From Octopus vulgaris (Eukaryota): a stretch of DNA of 64,000 nt. The stretch spans positions 7,192,001 to 7,256,000 of the forward strand of contig OX597825.1 of NCBI GenBank assembly GCA_951406725.2, read 5' to 3'. How positions within the stretch are numbered: the stretch's first letter is position 1; the number at the start of each line of letters is the position of its first letter. This document shows, one piece after another, positions 39,578 through 52,720 of this stretch. Below the pieces are notes generated by a model, which was given only the letters and a program-made list of their open reading frames with translations, was not told where the DNA came from and did not search any database. The translations under genes and the position numbers were made by a program.

Positions 39578-40399
39578 GTATACATATAAACACATATTTA
39601 TACATATGTATATACATATATACATACATATATATATATGTATATATACAGACATACACACATATATATACATACGTATATACATTTATACACACACACA
39701 CACACATCATCATCATCATTTTAATGTCTACATTCCAATGCTTGCATACATCAGACTGAATTTTTTGAAATAAATTTTCTATGACAGGATGCCCTTCCTG
39801 TCACCAACCTTCACCTGTTTTCAAGCGATGTAATATTTCATTGCAGTTAGACAGGATGTCACGTAATATTTGCAACGAAGGACATTCATTTACAACTACC
39901 ACATGCCAAAATGAGCAGACACCTATAGGACACATGCACACACACACAGGCGCACACACTCACACACACACTAACATAAATACAGAAACACAGCGACACA
40001 CACAGACACATATATAAATATATCTATCTATGTATATATATATATAGACTCACACATACACACACACAAACATAGAAATACAAATACATAGAGACACAAA
40101 CACATAAAAACAGATACATAGAGACACACAGACACATATGTAAATATATCTATCTATGTATATATATATATATATATAGACACACACATACACACACACA
40201 AACATAGAAATACAAATACATAGAGACACAAACACATAAAAACAGATACATAGAGACACACAGACACATATGTAAATATATCTATCTATGTATATATTTA
40301 GATACACACCCACACACGTCTATACATTTATAAACAAATATATATACACACGCATATTTATATGCATCATATACATATATATATGGACTTATATATATA

Positions 40400-40458
<59 letters not shown>

Positions 40459-41353
40459 TTATATATGCATGTGCATATGTGTGCATAAATGTATATCATC
40501 TGTTTGTTAGGTGCTGAAAATTTCCTTTAGAATTCTTTCCTGCTGGCATCAAGAGAGATCAGCCGAAATAGCTTGCTACTTGGTTTCCAAGTTTATTATC
40601 GTTTGTTGTTCAGCTCTGACAGACCCATCTTCAAACCAAAAATTAAGTGACTTCAAATAGTATTTAAAAATTGAAAAATTGTATAACACTGAAATCAATA
40701 AACCTTGTCGATATACACAGTGCTATAAAATACAGAATGTAGAAAGGTTGTGATATTCAGAAGCTAAATATATTTATGTGTATATAATGTACAACGCAGA
40801 CAATAGTCAAACGTCAATAATATTTTTGTGCGTAGAAAAGCAAATTATAAAATATTGTCGATATGATATTATATTAGAGGGAAAAACAAACTTGTTATCA
40901 AAGAACAAAGAATTCTGTATGTATTATAACATTAAGAAATAGAAATGATATACAACTGTTGAGAGTTGGATAAAAATAAACCGTGTGGAGTTATTTTTGC
41001 ACATTAAGTATAGTTGATACGTAATGTCTTGGTGAGGAAAAATGTCAAACAAATAGTGAATTTCCATGTTAATGACGGCGGAGAACAATGGACAAAAATA
41101 TTCTGTGCAAATTAGCTCCTACATAGAATATTGTACATATATGCATACATATATATATAACATACATACATACATATATATACATATACACATATATATA
41201 CATATACACATATATATACACACATATATACACACATATATATATACATACATACAAATATATATATATATATATATACATACATATGTATATATATATA
41301 TACATATACACATATATAGACACACATATATACACACATATATACACACATAC

Positions 41354-41412
<59 letters not shown>

Positions 41413-41595
41413 TTTTTTAAAAACTTAGGGAATAATAATTATTCCAGGTTATCAGGATATTTATTCTTTTACACTTTACTAATGCAAAGCAAACAGTATC
41501 AATTATAATATTACAAATTTGGACCTTTCATGATACCCTTAAATTTAGGAACTTCCGACACTCTCACGTATATTCATATGTACACACACATACAC

Positions 41596-41675
<80 letters not shown>

Positions 41676-42534
41676 TGGGGCAAAAATGAGTAATTTCTGA
41701 TTACTTGTTATTTCTCCTTTGCAATGTTGCATCATCTATGGGTGTAAGAACTGGTCGCTATAGTTGTTTTTTGAAGAGTTCAAAACATTGTCAAGTGATA
41801 GGTACTTTGTTTTCAAAAGATGTTTCTTCTATTTTGATTCAATTTACGGTTGCTGAAATATTCTTTTCTCTCTTGGATTCCAAGTCAATTTTTTCCCCAG
41901 ACTAATAATTCTAATTTGAACATTTTCAGATTGCAAAAGCATGAAGTCCATACTGGGGCAAAATGAGTAAAGACCAAATTCAATAATTTCTTTAAATGCA
42001 TGGTACATAAATATATTCATGAAGGCAGCCATTCCAGCAGATTGTGAAGAAGTTGTAGAGAATATTTCAGGTTGAGTTTTTAGATTTAGTGGAGCTTCAT
42101 TGATTTTATATCATGTGCCATTTTCCCATGATCCTCCTTCAATTCGACCCTTCAGATGTCTAAGGATGGCTACTGATGTGCATGAGTCTTTTCTTAAATG
42201 TAATTCTGAAGAATTCAAGAGGCAAATTAACCTTATCTTGTCTTACTCTTTCTGCTCCAGCTAAATTTGTCTTTTATATATGCTCAAAGAGAACAGAACT
42301 AATTCCCAGAAATAGTGTCCAAATTATGTTATAATGTTTTTGATGCATTCAGAGAAGGCCATCTGCATAGTTGATATAGTTTTTGTAATGTGAATATTTG
42401 TGAAAAAAATTTTTTCTCCGTCTCTCTCTCTCTCACGTTGTGCACCATCTCTCTCTCTATAAATTTGGTAATATAAAACAGGAAAACAGAAATCAAAACA
42501 TAAGTATATTTTTTCTTGCAGATCATTAATAATG

Positions 42535-43150
42535 TGTGTCTGTATGTATGTATGTGTGTATGTATGTATGTATGTATGTATGTATGTATGTATGTATGTA
42601 TGTATGTATGTATGTATGTATGTATGTATGCATGTATGTATGAGTGTATGTATGTATGTATGTATGTATGTGTGTATGTATGTACGTGCGTATGTATGTA
42701 TGTACGTACGTACGTACGTACGTATGTATGTATGTACGTGCGTATGTATGTATGTATGTATGTATGTATGTATGTATGTATGTATGTATGTATGTATGTA
42801 TGTATGTATGTATGTATGTATGTATGTATGTATGTATGTATGAGTGTATGTATGTATGTATGTATGTATGTTGTATGTATGTATGTATGTATGTATGTAT
42901 GTGTGTATGTATGTACGTGTGTATGTATGTATGTATGTATGTACGTACGTACGTATGTATGTACGTGCGTATGTATGTATGTATGTATGTATGTATGAGT
43001 GTATGTATGTACGTATGTATGTATGTATGTATGCATGTATGTATGAGTGTATGTATGTATGCATGTATGTATGTATGTATGTATGTATGTATGTATGTAT
43101 GTATGTACGCATGTATGTATGAGTGTATGTATACATGTGTGTGTGTGTGT
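42535..43150. repeat. (TATG)n tetranucleotide microsatellite, about 600 bp
   Basis: Read directly. Confidence 0.97.
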
Positions 43151-43696
43151 ATATTTGTGTGGAAATACATGTTAAACACAGCAGACACCAGTGTCCTTCG
43201 TTTTCCCAATCATCTGACATGTTGTACCATGAAGTAAACAACAACAGACGACATCGGCAGACGATACCGAATTGTTTTGGTAAAACCACGAAATTCTAAT
43301 GAAGTCAACAACAGTTTGGAGAAGAAATGTTTTCTTTCTTACGATGCTAACGTAAATAACTGTAAAAAATTCGGCTGTTCAGAAATATATAGAGAAACCT
43401 GTAATAATAACATTTAATAAGTAGCTTTCATTACATATTCTTTTCGTTTGTTCATAACACCTAAGTCTATTTTCACACTTTCCTGCATTGTTTTATTTTC
43501 ATTGTCAATCAAAACCCGGTAATAATGTAGGCTTTGAACTAAAAGCTGCTCTGGTAGATCGTATGACAAGATAAGTTGGTGGTCAGGGGTACCATTTTGT
43601 ATTACAAACTCGTAGACCACTGATGCTTTTGGAACTGTGTAAAGAAAACGTGATGACAGCCTGCCTCAGTAACCTTATGAAACTATATATATGTAT

Positions 43697-44310
43697 TCTC
43701 TAGGCATAAGGCCCGAAATTTTTGGGGTGGGGTCCAGTCGATTAGATCGACTCCAGTACGCTACTGGTACTTAATTTATCGACCCCGAAAGGATGAAAGG
43801 CAAAGTCGACCTCGGCGGAATTTGAACTCAGAACTTAAAGACAGACGAAATACCGCTTAGCATTTTGCCCGACGTGCTAACGATTCTGCTAGCTTGCCAC
43901 CTTAAAATAATCTTTTCTACTCTAGGCGCCAGGCCCGAAATTTTTGAGAAGGGGACCAGTCGATTAGATCGACTCCAGTACGCTATTGGTACACTATTGA
44001 TCAACTCTGAAAGGATGAAAGGCAAAATCGACCTCAGCGGAATTTGAACTCAGAACGTAAAACCAGAGGAAATACCTATTTCTTTACTACCCACAAGGGA
44101 CTACACACAGAGGGGACAAACAAGGACAGGCAAATGGACTAAGTTGATTACATCGACCCCAGTGCGTAACTGGTACTTAATTTATCGACCCCGAAAGAAT
44201 GAAAGGCAAAGTCGACCTCGGTGGAATTTGAACTCAGAACATAGCGGCAGACGAAATACCACTAAGCATTCTACCCGGCGCATTAACGTTTCTGCCAGCT
44301 CGCCGCCTTA
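43697..44310 (-). mobile_element. Three head-to-tail SINE family A copies
   Basis: gaaaggcaaa(g/a)tcgacctc..gaatttgaactcagaac recurs near 43795, 44017 and 44201. Confidence 0.9.
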
Positions 44311-45249
44311 CTAGATACAGGTATTGATACACGTGTATGTATGGAACGTGCATTTGCCTACATGTGAATGTAGTTTCATATACTTAGACACACATGCAAA
44401 TACAGAATAAACAATTTGACTATGCAAAAGCCATTCTATATGAAATTGTAAGATAGGAATTGGATAACATTATTAGCTGGAAAATAGAGAAAATAGATAC
44501 ACGACCTAATTTATGGTAGACTTAATTAGAAAAGAAAATTGGAATAAGATAATGAAAAATGCCGTCTCTCCTTAAACATATGCAAAATGCTTTAATATAA
44601 TAATGATGGTAGTGATGGTGGTGATGATGGTGATGGTGGTAGTGACGATGATGTGTATGATATTGAAGGTGATGTTGATATTGTTGGTGATGGTGGTGAC
44701 TAAAATGATGAAGAAAACTACACACACACACACACACATACACACACATATATATATATATGGACACTTATATATACTGTTGTATTCTTAGGTATGTGTC
44801 TTATGATGCCGAAGGTAAAAATAGAAATTAATCTGTGTTTGTTTTCCTAAAGGCGTCCAGAAAATCCTCACCAAGTCGCTAAAATCATTCAAGCAGTCTT
44901 TATCTTGTTGAGTTTCTGGATCCTGTGTTATTGCAATACCATAAACATAATTTCCAAAAATAACCATTTAAAATTTCTCAGTCAAGCTGTATTTTCTTCC
45001 CATCAGAAAACATGTATGTATATTCACGTATACACATGCACACACGTATGTATGTTCTCGTTCTCTCTTTAATTTAAAAGGAACTTTGACCGACCACCTG
45101 CTTGCTTGGTTGCAAAGTTGTTCTCTGTTATAACTGGAAAACTCTGATGTTATAAACGTATACATATGCATACATAAACACATACTTATATTCGTATACA
45201 CATCCATCCATCTGTCCACCCGTCCATACATGCATACATACATGATTTA

Positions 45250-45775
45250 AGATAGAATAGAGAAGCTGTATATAGCTGTGGGAATAAGCTGCCCAGCGGA
45301 TGTTTATATAAAGCTGAAGATCAGTGAAAAAGAGAATACCTATGCTGAACTATTGAGAAATCTACAGTTACTCTGACCAGATTACAACTTCAGGTTTATA
45401 CCTGTAATTATTGGGGCCCTGGGATGTGTAACACACTACCTAAATACCAATCTTGAGAAATAAGGCTTCTCAAAACCAGAATGGAGGAAGCTAATTCGAA
45501 GGCTTACAGATCCAATCCATCACTGGAACTGTAAAAATCTGTAAAACTTTCCAAAAGTTTATCATTTAAATATATATGAGCATGTCTAGATATGTAACTC
45601 TATGCATGAGAATACATACATAAAACATACAAATCTGCACATACACATACACATACATACATACATACATACACACATACATACATACATACATACATAC
45701 ATACATACAAAAATACCCTGTTGTTGCTATTGAAATTCCAATGAAGGAATCTTGGATCTAGGTTAGAAATTGGAA
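45250..45775 (+). mobile_element. RLE-type (R4/Dong-like) retrotransposon 3' end, pseudogenised endonuclease
   Basis: ISCPADVYIKLKISEKENTYAELLRNLQLL*PDYNFRFIPVIIGALG...KICKTFQKFII* (stop 45567-45569); 3' UTR with (TACA)n. Confidence 0.8.
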
Positions 45776-46982
45776 GTTCAATGATGATGATGATGATGAT
45801 GATGATGACATGTTATGTACTGGTGTCATGTAAAAAGCACCCAGTGCACACTGTATTGTTGTTGGCTTTAGGAAGGGCATCTCCAGTTTTGAAGATCATG
45901 CTGAGATGGATAGGGGAGCTGTGTGTGTGTGTGTGTGGGCAATAATCTGCTCATAGATGGTTGAGTATTCCATAGACATTCACTCTTTTAATTCTGCTGT
46001 AGAAACAGTGTAGTATAAAATAATACACAGCCTGATTCTTTCAATTACAGGTAAAGTCCATTCGATGGGCTTCCACACAGGTTCCATTTGCCAGATTGCC
46101 TTTGTTTTTTTTTTCACAAGGCTGGAACTGATCCAATGCTTTTGTAAAAGAAAATCCCCAAAATTCTTACCCCAAATCCCAGATTCCATAATCTTGTAGA
46201 CTCCAGATTAAACCCCTCAATATAAATATCAGTATTTATTATTTGAGATTCTCTAGTGAACCAGTTGGAAGAGGAACCCAGAAACAGAGAACCTATTTTC
46301 TCTTGGGAAATCTTAAGTATTCTAAGAATACAACGAAGAGGTATTCTGTTTAGTAGATATCTTTCACATACTGTGACCCTGACTTCAGACAGAGGGCAGC
46401 ACGTATGTCCTTTTGGTATTGCAAATAAAAGGGTGACTTGATAAATCCCAATAATTCTAACGAGCTACAGACAGATGTTTAATTGGCTGATGTTATATGT
46501 CACCTGACCAATCACCTGTCTTTTGTGTTTATTCTGGTTCTGACTTAATAATGTCTTACACATAAATTTCAGTCATATCTCTTCGGTTTCCTCCCTGGAA
46601 AGCTGTGTTATGAATATAATTAGAAATGAGAGTTTTCATCAACGCCATCAGAACAAAGATATTTGAAGTGACAAGAGAAGTGGCCTCTGTGTCATGGCTG
46701 TGACAATGAATAAAAGTTTAGCAATCATTGGTAGTGGTACTTTGTGGCGCAATGTACTGTTGGAATATTAATGAACCCCAACAACTTCTTTTTTTTATGG
46801 AAATCAAAAAATCAAAAATCAAAACAAAAAACAAAATAAAACCCACAAAAAACTCTCATTCTGTTCTATAAACATTATATAAAATATACATGCTTATGTA
46901 TGTTTTATATAAAGTGTGTATCTGTGTTTGTGTGTAAAGATATGTATATATGTATGTATATATATATACATATATATGTGTA

Positions 46983-47056
<74 letters not shown>

Positions 47057-47059
<3 letters not shown>

Positions 47060-47503
47060 AGGCGCAATGGCCCAGTGGTTAGGCAGTGGACTCACGGTCA
47101 TAGGATCGCGGTTTCGATTCCCAGACTGGGCGTTGCGAGTGTTTATTGAGTGAAAACACCTAAATCTCCACAAGGCTCCGGCAGGGGGACGGGCGATCCT
47201 CGGTATGGCGACTCCTTCTGTTGGTCTGCTTGCTTGCCAGCGGTGGTAAAACAATGAGTCTTTCGCCACAACTTTCTCTCACTCTTTCTTCTGTTGGTCT
47301 GCTTGAACGTGGCCGTAGCCAGTTCCATAGCCAGCGGGGTGGCATAATTTGAAGGCTAAAACAATGTGAAGCCGGTGAGGCAAGTGAAAATCAAATCAAA
47401 TCAAATCAAAATAGACAAAATAGATGAACATCAGGAATTTATTGTGACCAGCGATGTGTAGCAACATCTGATGGCCTGGCCTCAGTTACAGTGATCATGG
47501 TGA
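47057..47503 (+). mobile_element. SINE family C copy with internal duplication and an (AATCA)n-containing insertion
   Basis: Homology to 9090-9403. Confidence 0.85.
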
Positions 47504-47511
47504 TATATATA

Positions 47512-47543
<32 letters not shown>

Positions 47544-47577
47544 CAGGCACACAAGAAACATCGTATGTATATATATG

Positions 47578-47635
<58 letters not shown>

Positions 47636-48960
47636 TGTATATGTATGTATATATATATGCACACATATATGTACAGATGCAGACACTGAGACATATATGA
47701 ATACGTACCAAGAAGAAGCTATTATTTCAATTGCTACTCATTACATTATTTCGCTTTTTCCTCATTCCTAGATGTGCACATTCTTATTTAATGTATACTG
47801 ATACAGTCTTTGATCACTCTCAGCTCATTAATGAATTAATTTTATAATTGTCTTTTGATTAAATCCTTCTAAGAGATCATCAATGAATAAATGTATAGAA
47901 ATAAGTCTTATTGAAATTTAATGTTGAAATATTCTTAACATAGATGCCACCAATCAATAATGCCATTGTTTCATTTTTTGGTTTTCTTCTAATAATGATC
48001 TTTGGAAATGTCAACCATAAATGTCATTTGTAATCTTAACTGGTTTCTAGAAAGAAATATTTTTCTGCATTCCTTACATCAATGAACCTTAGACAATAAT
48101 ATCCTTCTCGTTATTGTTTTGCTTTTTATCAATAGCATCTATTATCTCATGGGCTGGTTTTCAATGTTTCAAATGAGTTGATTATTTTATACGTAGAAAT
48201 AATGACGATTCTGGACTTCTTTAACAATTAATCTGATTACTCAATCTATTAAAAGAAAAACCAATATTCAAGGTATAATCTTAGAAATATAATTTAATTG
48301 AGTCATATAGATATTATTATGAAACAGATATATAAAACATAATGAAGCCCCTGCTTAAGTCTGGCGATTAATTGAAAGCCAAAAGAAATAAAAAATAATT
48401 TTAAAAAAACACCTAGAATATTCAAATCTGATGTTTATCATAAAATTTGTATGCAAACCATCTATCAACAATTTCAATAACAGCTTCAGAAATGTGCTGC
48501 ATTAGAAAGTCTTTTATATATTTATCTGTTAGGAATGTTAGATTTAACAATGCTGGAAATATGCGAGAATAATTTAGATTATATTCATATCAACATTGAT
48601 ATTATAGAATCTTCCAGCAATGTTTTCTTAATGATACCGAAATAAGATTCCATACATTTTCATTCATACAACAAAATAATGTACAAGTTCTCAGTTTTCA
48701 TTCTGGTTGTAGTTGTTTTATTTCTATTACTACTAATGCCTGAAAACATACAAACACTTTGAAACACATCTAGGACAAATCACAAGATAGTTCCATGTGT
48801 GTGCAGAACATTTGGTTAGAGTTGGCGTGTCTAAAGATTATCTCTTCATTTCGTTTGCCCATTCAAGCTTCTATTAAACATTCAACTGTTTCATGTTGAA
48901 TCATTGCCAAAGTTTTAAAAGAAGCTGTGAAAATAATGGAAAAAAAATCCACTAACACTG

Positions 48961-49394
48961 CATCATCATCATCATCATCATCATCGTTTAATGTCCGCTT
49001 TCCATGCTAGCATGGGTTGGACGATTTTGACTGAGAGCTGGCTAACCAGATGGCTGCACCAGGCTCCAATCTTGATCTGGCAGAGTTTCTACAGCTGGAT
49101 GCCTTTCCTAACGCCAACCACTCCGAGAATGTAGTGGGTGCTTTTTACATGCCACCAGCACGGGGCCAGTCAGGCGGTACTGGCAATGACCTCGCTTGAA
49201 TCTTTTTACACATGCCACCAGCACAGGTGCCAGTAAGGCAACGTTGGTAACGATCACGCTCGAATGGTGCCCTTTTATGTGCCACTGGTACGGAAGCCAA
49301 TTGGCTGCTCTGGCAACGATCATGCTTGGATGGTGTTCTTGGCATCCTTCTAGCACGGGCACAAGTGCCTTTAAGGCGACGCTGGTAAGGATCA
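48961..49394 (-). mobile_element. RTE-tail repeat family E, long copy
   Basis: (CAT)n-cgtttaatgtccg... plus internal gtgccaccagcac tandem motifs; homologous to 62665-63000. Confidence 0.85.
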
Positions 49395-49770
49395 TGTGAC
49401 TGTGGCCATGCTGGAGCACCACCTTTAGTCGAGCAAATCAAGCCCAGGACTTATTCTTTGTAAGCCTAGTTACTTATTCTATTGGTCTCTTTTGCCGAAC
49501 CGCTAAGTTACAGGGACATAAACACACCAGTATCGGTTGTCAAACGATGTGGGGGGGAGGGACAAACACAGACACACAAACATACATATATACATATACA
49601 TATATACGACGGGCTTCTTTCAGTTTCCGTCTGCCAAATCCACTCACAAGGCTTTGGTCAGCCCAAGGCTATAGTAGAAGACACTTGCCCAAGGTGCCAT
49701 GCAGTGGGACTGAACCCGGAACTATGTGGTTCGTAAGCAAGCTACTTACCACACATCCATTCCTGCGACT
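49395..49770 (-). mobile_element. SINE family B copy
   Basis: Family homology. Confidence 0.9.
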
Positions 49771-50079
49771 GCATACATTCTTCTGTGGAATCTAAAATAT
49801 TCACTTTTAATCACAATATTTTCTGGTCATTTTGAAAGCTTTTGTTCTTCAACTTCTACTCAACCAGATCCCTTATCTAATATATCCCACATGGTTTTAA
49901 CTGATTAAACACCAGCAAATATTATCAAATTTAAACTGAGTCATGTTATACATTATTCTACATGTGATGTCAAATAATGGCAGCCCACATTAATAAAATC
50001 ATAATTAACCAATTATGACTTCAACTCATTTCAGGATTTAAATATTCTCTTTTTTTTTATATGGTTGCTATTATATCAT

Positions 50080-51145
50080 GACAGATGCTTTCCTTCATGG
50101 TTACCATATCTGAAGTTTGCATCACCATAGATACACACCACATTAATCCTTCTAACTGAAGCCTTTATCACCATGGATACACATTGCATAATTTCTCTAA
50201 GTGAAGTCTGTATCACCATGGAAACATGGCATTTAAGTCCCTCTAAGAGATGCTTATATCACCATAGGCGTATATCACTTTAGTCTTGCTAAGTGAGAAT
50301 CTGTATCACTATGGATACACATCGTTTGAGTTCTGCTAAGTGAGGTTCTTATCACCATGGATCCACATTGCTTTTATCCCTCTAAGTCAGTGGTTCCCAG
50401 AGTGGGTGATAGTTCCCCTCGGGCGGTGGGGGAGTTCCAAGGAGGCATTGATGAAAAATGGGATAGCGATTCATGTAAAAATTTGGGCAATAATGGGGTA
50501 ATGATTCATGTGAAAACAACAAAATGATGGGCTCATTCGGTTAAGCTTCACTTGTAAAATACAGTTGCTTCGAATTTGCTTCAGAAAGAGTTGGGGTGGG
50601 GGCGTTAGGAATGTGGCCTGGGTATCAAGGAGATGGCAACCTGAAAAAGTTTGGGAACCCCTGCTCTAAGTGAAGCCTATATCACCATGGATACACATCA
50701 CATCTCTAAGTGATGTCTGTATCACCATAGACACATGGCATTTAAGTCCCTCTAAAAGATGCTTGTACCACCATAGGCACCCATCACCTAAGTCCTGCTA
50801 ATTGATATCCATTTCACCATGGACAAGCATCATTTGAGTTCTGCTAATTGAGGTCTGTATCACCATGGATACATAGAATTTTAGTCCCTATAAGAGATGC
50901 TTATATCACTATGGGCATATATCACTTTAGTCTAGCTAAGTAAGATCTGTATCACTATGGATACACATTATTTGAGTTCTGCTAAGTGAGGAATGTATCA
51001 CCATGGAAACACGTCGTTTAAGTCCTGCTAATTGAAATCTGTATCACCATAGTTACATAGCATTTTAGTTCCTCTAAGAGATGCTTATATCCCCACGGTT
51101 ACTCCTCACTTTAGTCACCTTCTGCTAAGTGAGGTCTCTATCACT
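50080..51145. repeat. ~46-bp minisatellite (..ctaagtgaggtctgtatcaccatggatacacat..)
   Basis: atcac(c/t)at anchors at 50121, 50167, 50212, 50258, 50305, 50351 and onward. Confidence 0.92.
50388..50663. mobile_element. hAT (Charlie-like) non-autonomous DNA transposon inserted in the minisatellite
   Basis: TIRs cagtggttccca / tgggaacccctg; perfect 8-bp TSD CTCTAAGT (50380-50387 and 50664-50671). Confidence 0.92.
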
Positions 51146-51602
51146 ACATCATTGCAACCAACCAATGGCAGTCTAGTTCAGCCGTATGCTGAATAATGTA
51201 AAATTCTGTACCTAATGCAATTTCCAAAAGTTCTTGTATTTAGAAAACTTCATTAAATCAAGAAATAAATTAATAATGCATAACTCTGCAATGACCACGT
51301 AGTTGAAATATACTCAGAGACTATAACTGTAAGTGTTCTTTCCATACATTCAATTACGTATATAAATAAACTTATTTTAACTTATATGAAAATACAAGTC
51401 GACTGACTAAATATGAGTTGATACACAAATGTTCTATACACGTATGCTGTTCAGTTTTGACATCAATAGAATAAAACTCAAAAGTGGGATGAAGATGACA
51501 GTATAGAAAATAGGTGTATTCCAGGGAAAATTGTGAAGTTATGTGTGCATAATACAGTTCTGTATTCAAGAGATGAGGAATTATGTACATTATTTACATA
51601 TA

Positions 51603-51857
51603 GTGTAGTGGTTAAGAGTGCTGGCTACTGACCCCAAGATTCCGAGTTTGATTCCAGATAATGACCTGAATAATAATGATAATAATAATAACAGCATCAA
51701 AAATACCTTAGGAATGAGAACCCAGGTTTTAAATTTCCCCAAGACACCTGATGAAGGCTGAAGGGTATATCAGCCGAAACATTGTGTTAACAACAAACAA
51801 GATGAGGACAAATATCTGTTGAATGTAAATAATATAAATAATGAACATTTCATCTCT
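51603..51857 (+). mobile_element. Hammerhead-bearing tRNA-SINE (family H); hammerhead at 51743-51788; inverted tail copy at 51568-51599
   Basis: gtgtagtggttaagagtgctggctactgaccccaagattccgagtttgattcc head; gacac-CTGATGA-a-ggctg..cagcc-GAAA-ca-TT-gtgtt. Confidence 0.85.
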
Positions 51858-52273
51858 CTCTATGTTCTGAGTTCAAATTTTGCTGAGGTCGGCTTTGCCC
51901 TTCATCCTTCAGAGTCAATGAAATATTCACCTGTTCAGTAGCCAGGATGATGTAATCGATTTCCCCTCCTCTGATGAAATTGCAGGCATTTTGCCAAAAT
52001 TTGAAGTGTATACAACACTTTCTTCAATCAACTTGCTATGATCATTGATTTCACTTCCCTGTGATGGTTGAGTTTTTAGTATTTTAAGAAGAGACCAAAC
52101 ATAAAACAATTTCTCTAATCATTTATGCCTTTGTGAAATATTTTCATAGCTTTTTTTCTCAATGGTTTGCATGGTTCGTAGATATTTTGGCATATCTGGA
52201 CATAGCATGTGACTTTTTTGTAGCAGATATTTTATGACAACCTATGAATGTCTGAACGCCAAAAACTTTATGT

Positions 52274-52276
<3 letters not shown>

Positions 52277-52305
<29 letters not shown>

Positions 52306-52720
52306 GTTTAACGTCCGTTTTGCCATGCTGGCATGAGTTGGATGGTACGTTTGGGGTCTGGAAAGTCAGGAGGCTGCACCAGGCTCCAGTCTGATCGGGC
52401 AGTGTTTCTACAGCTGGATGCCCTTCCTAACGCCAACCACTCTGTGAGTGTGGTAGGTGCTTTTTACTTGCCACCAGCACAAGGGCGAGAGGGGCTGGCA
52501 TCGACCACGATCGGATGGTGCTTTTTACGTGCCACTGGCACTGAAGCCAGTCAAGGCGGTGCAGCCATTGGCTATGTTCAGATGGTGCCTTTTAAGTGCC
52601 ACTGGCACAGGGATCACAACTGCAATTTTTATTTGATTTTGTTGTACTTGACTCAATAGGTCTCCTCAAGTATAGCATGTCACCCTACAATCCAAGTCAC
52701 TTTTGAGTGGGCTGGTTATG
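52277..52720 (-). mobile_element. RTE-tail repeat family E copy
   Basis: Family homology. Confidence 0.85.

Noticed and set aside
41671-43620. Possible decayed transposon or exons (ORFs 41844-42032 and 43414-43620; repeated cata(g/c)tggggcaaaa motif at 41671 and 41950)
   Set aside because: No recognisable protein motif or paired terminus; a tBLASTx search would be needed
46031-46056. Plus-strand AG|GT motif (ttctttcaattacag|gtaaag)
   Set aside because: Weak pyrimidine tract and donor, on the opposite strand to the strong site; such motifs arise by chance in AT-rich DNA
50080-51145. CRISPR-like regular array
   Set aside because: The intervening parts are homologous to each other rather than unique spacers; eukaryotic context and no cas genes
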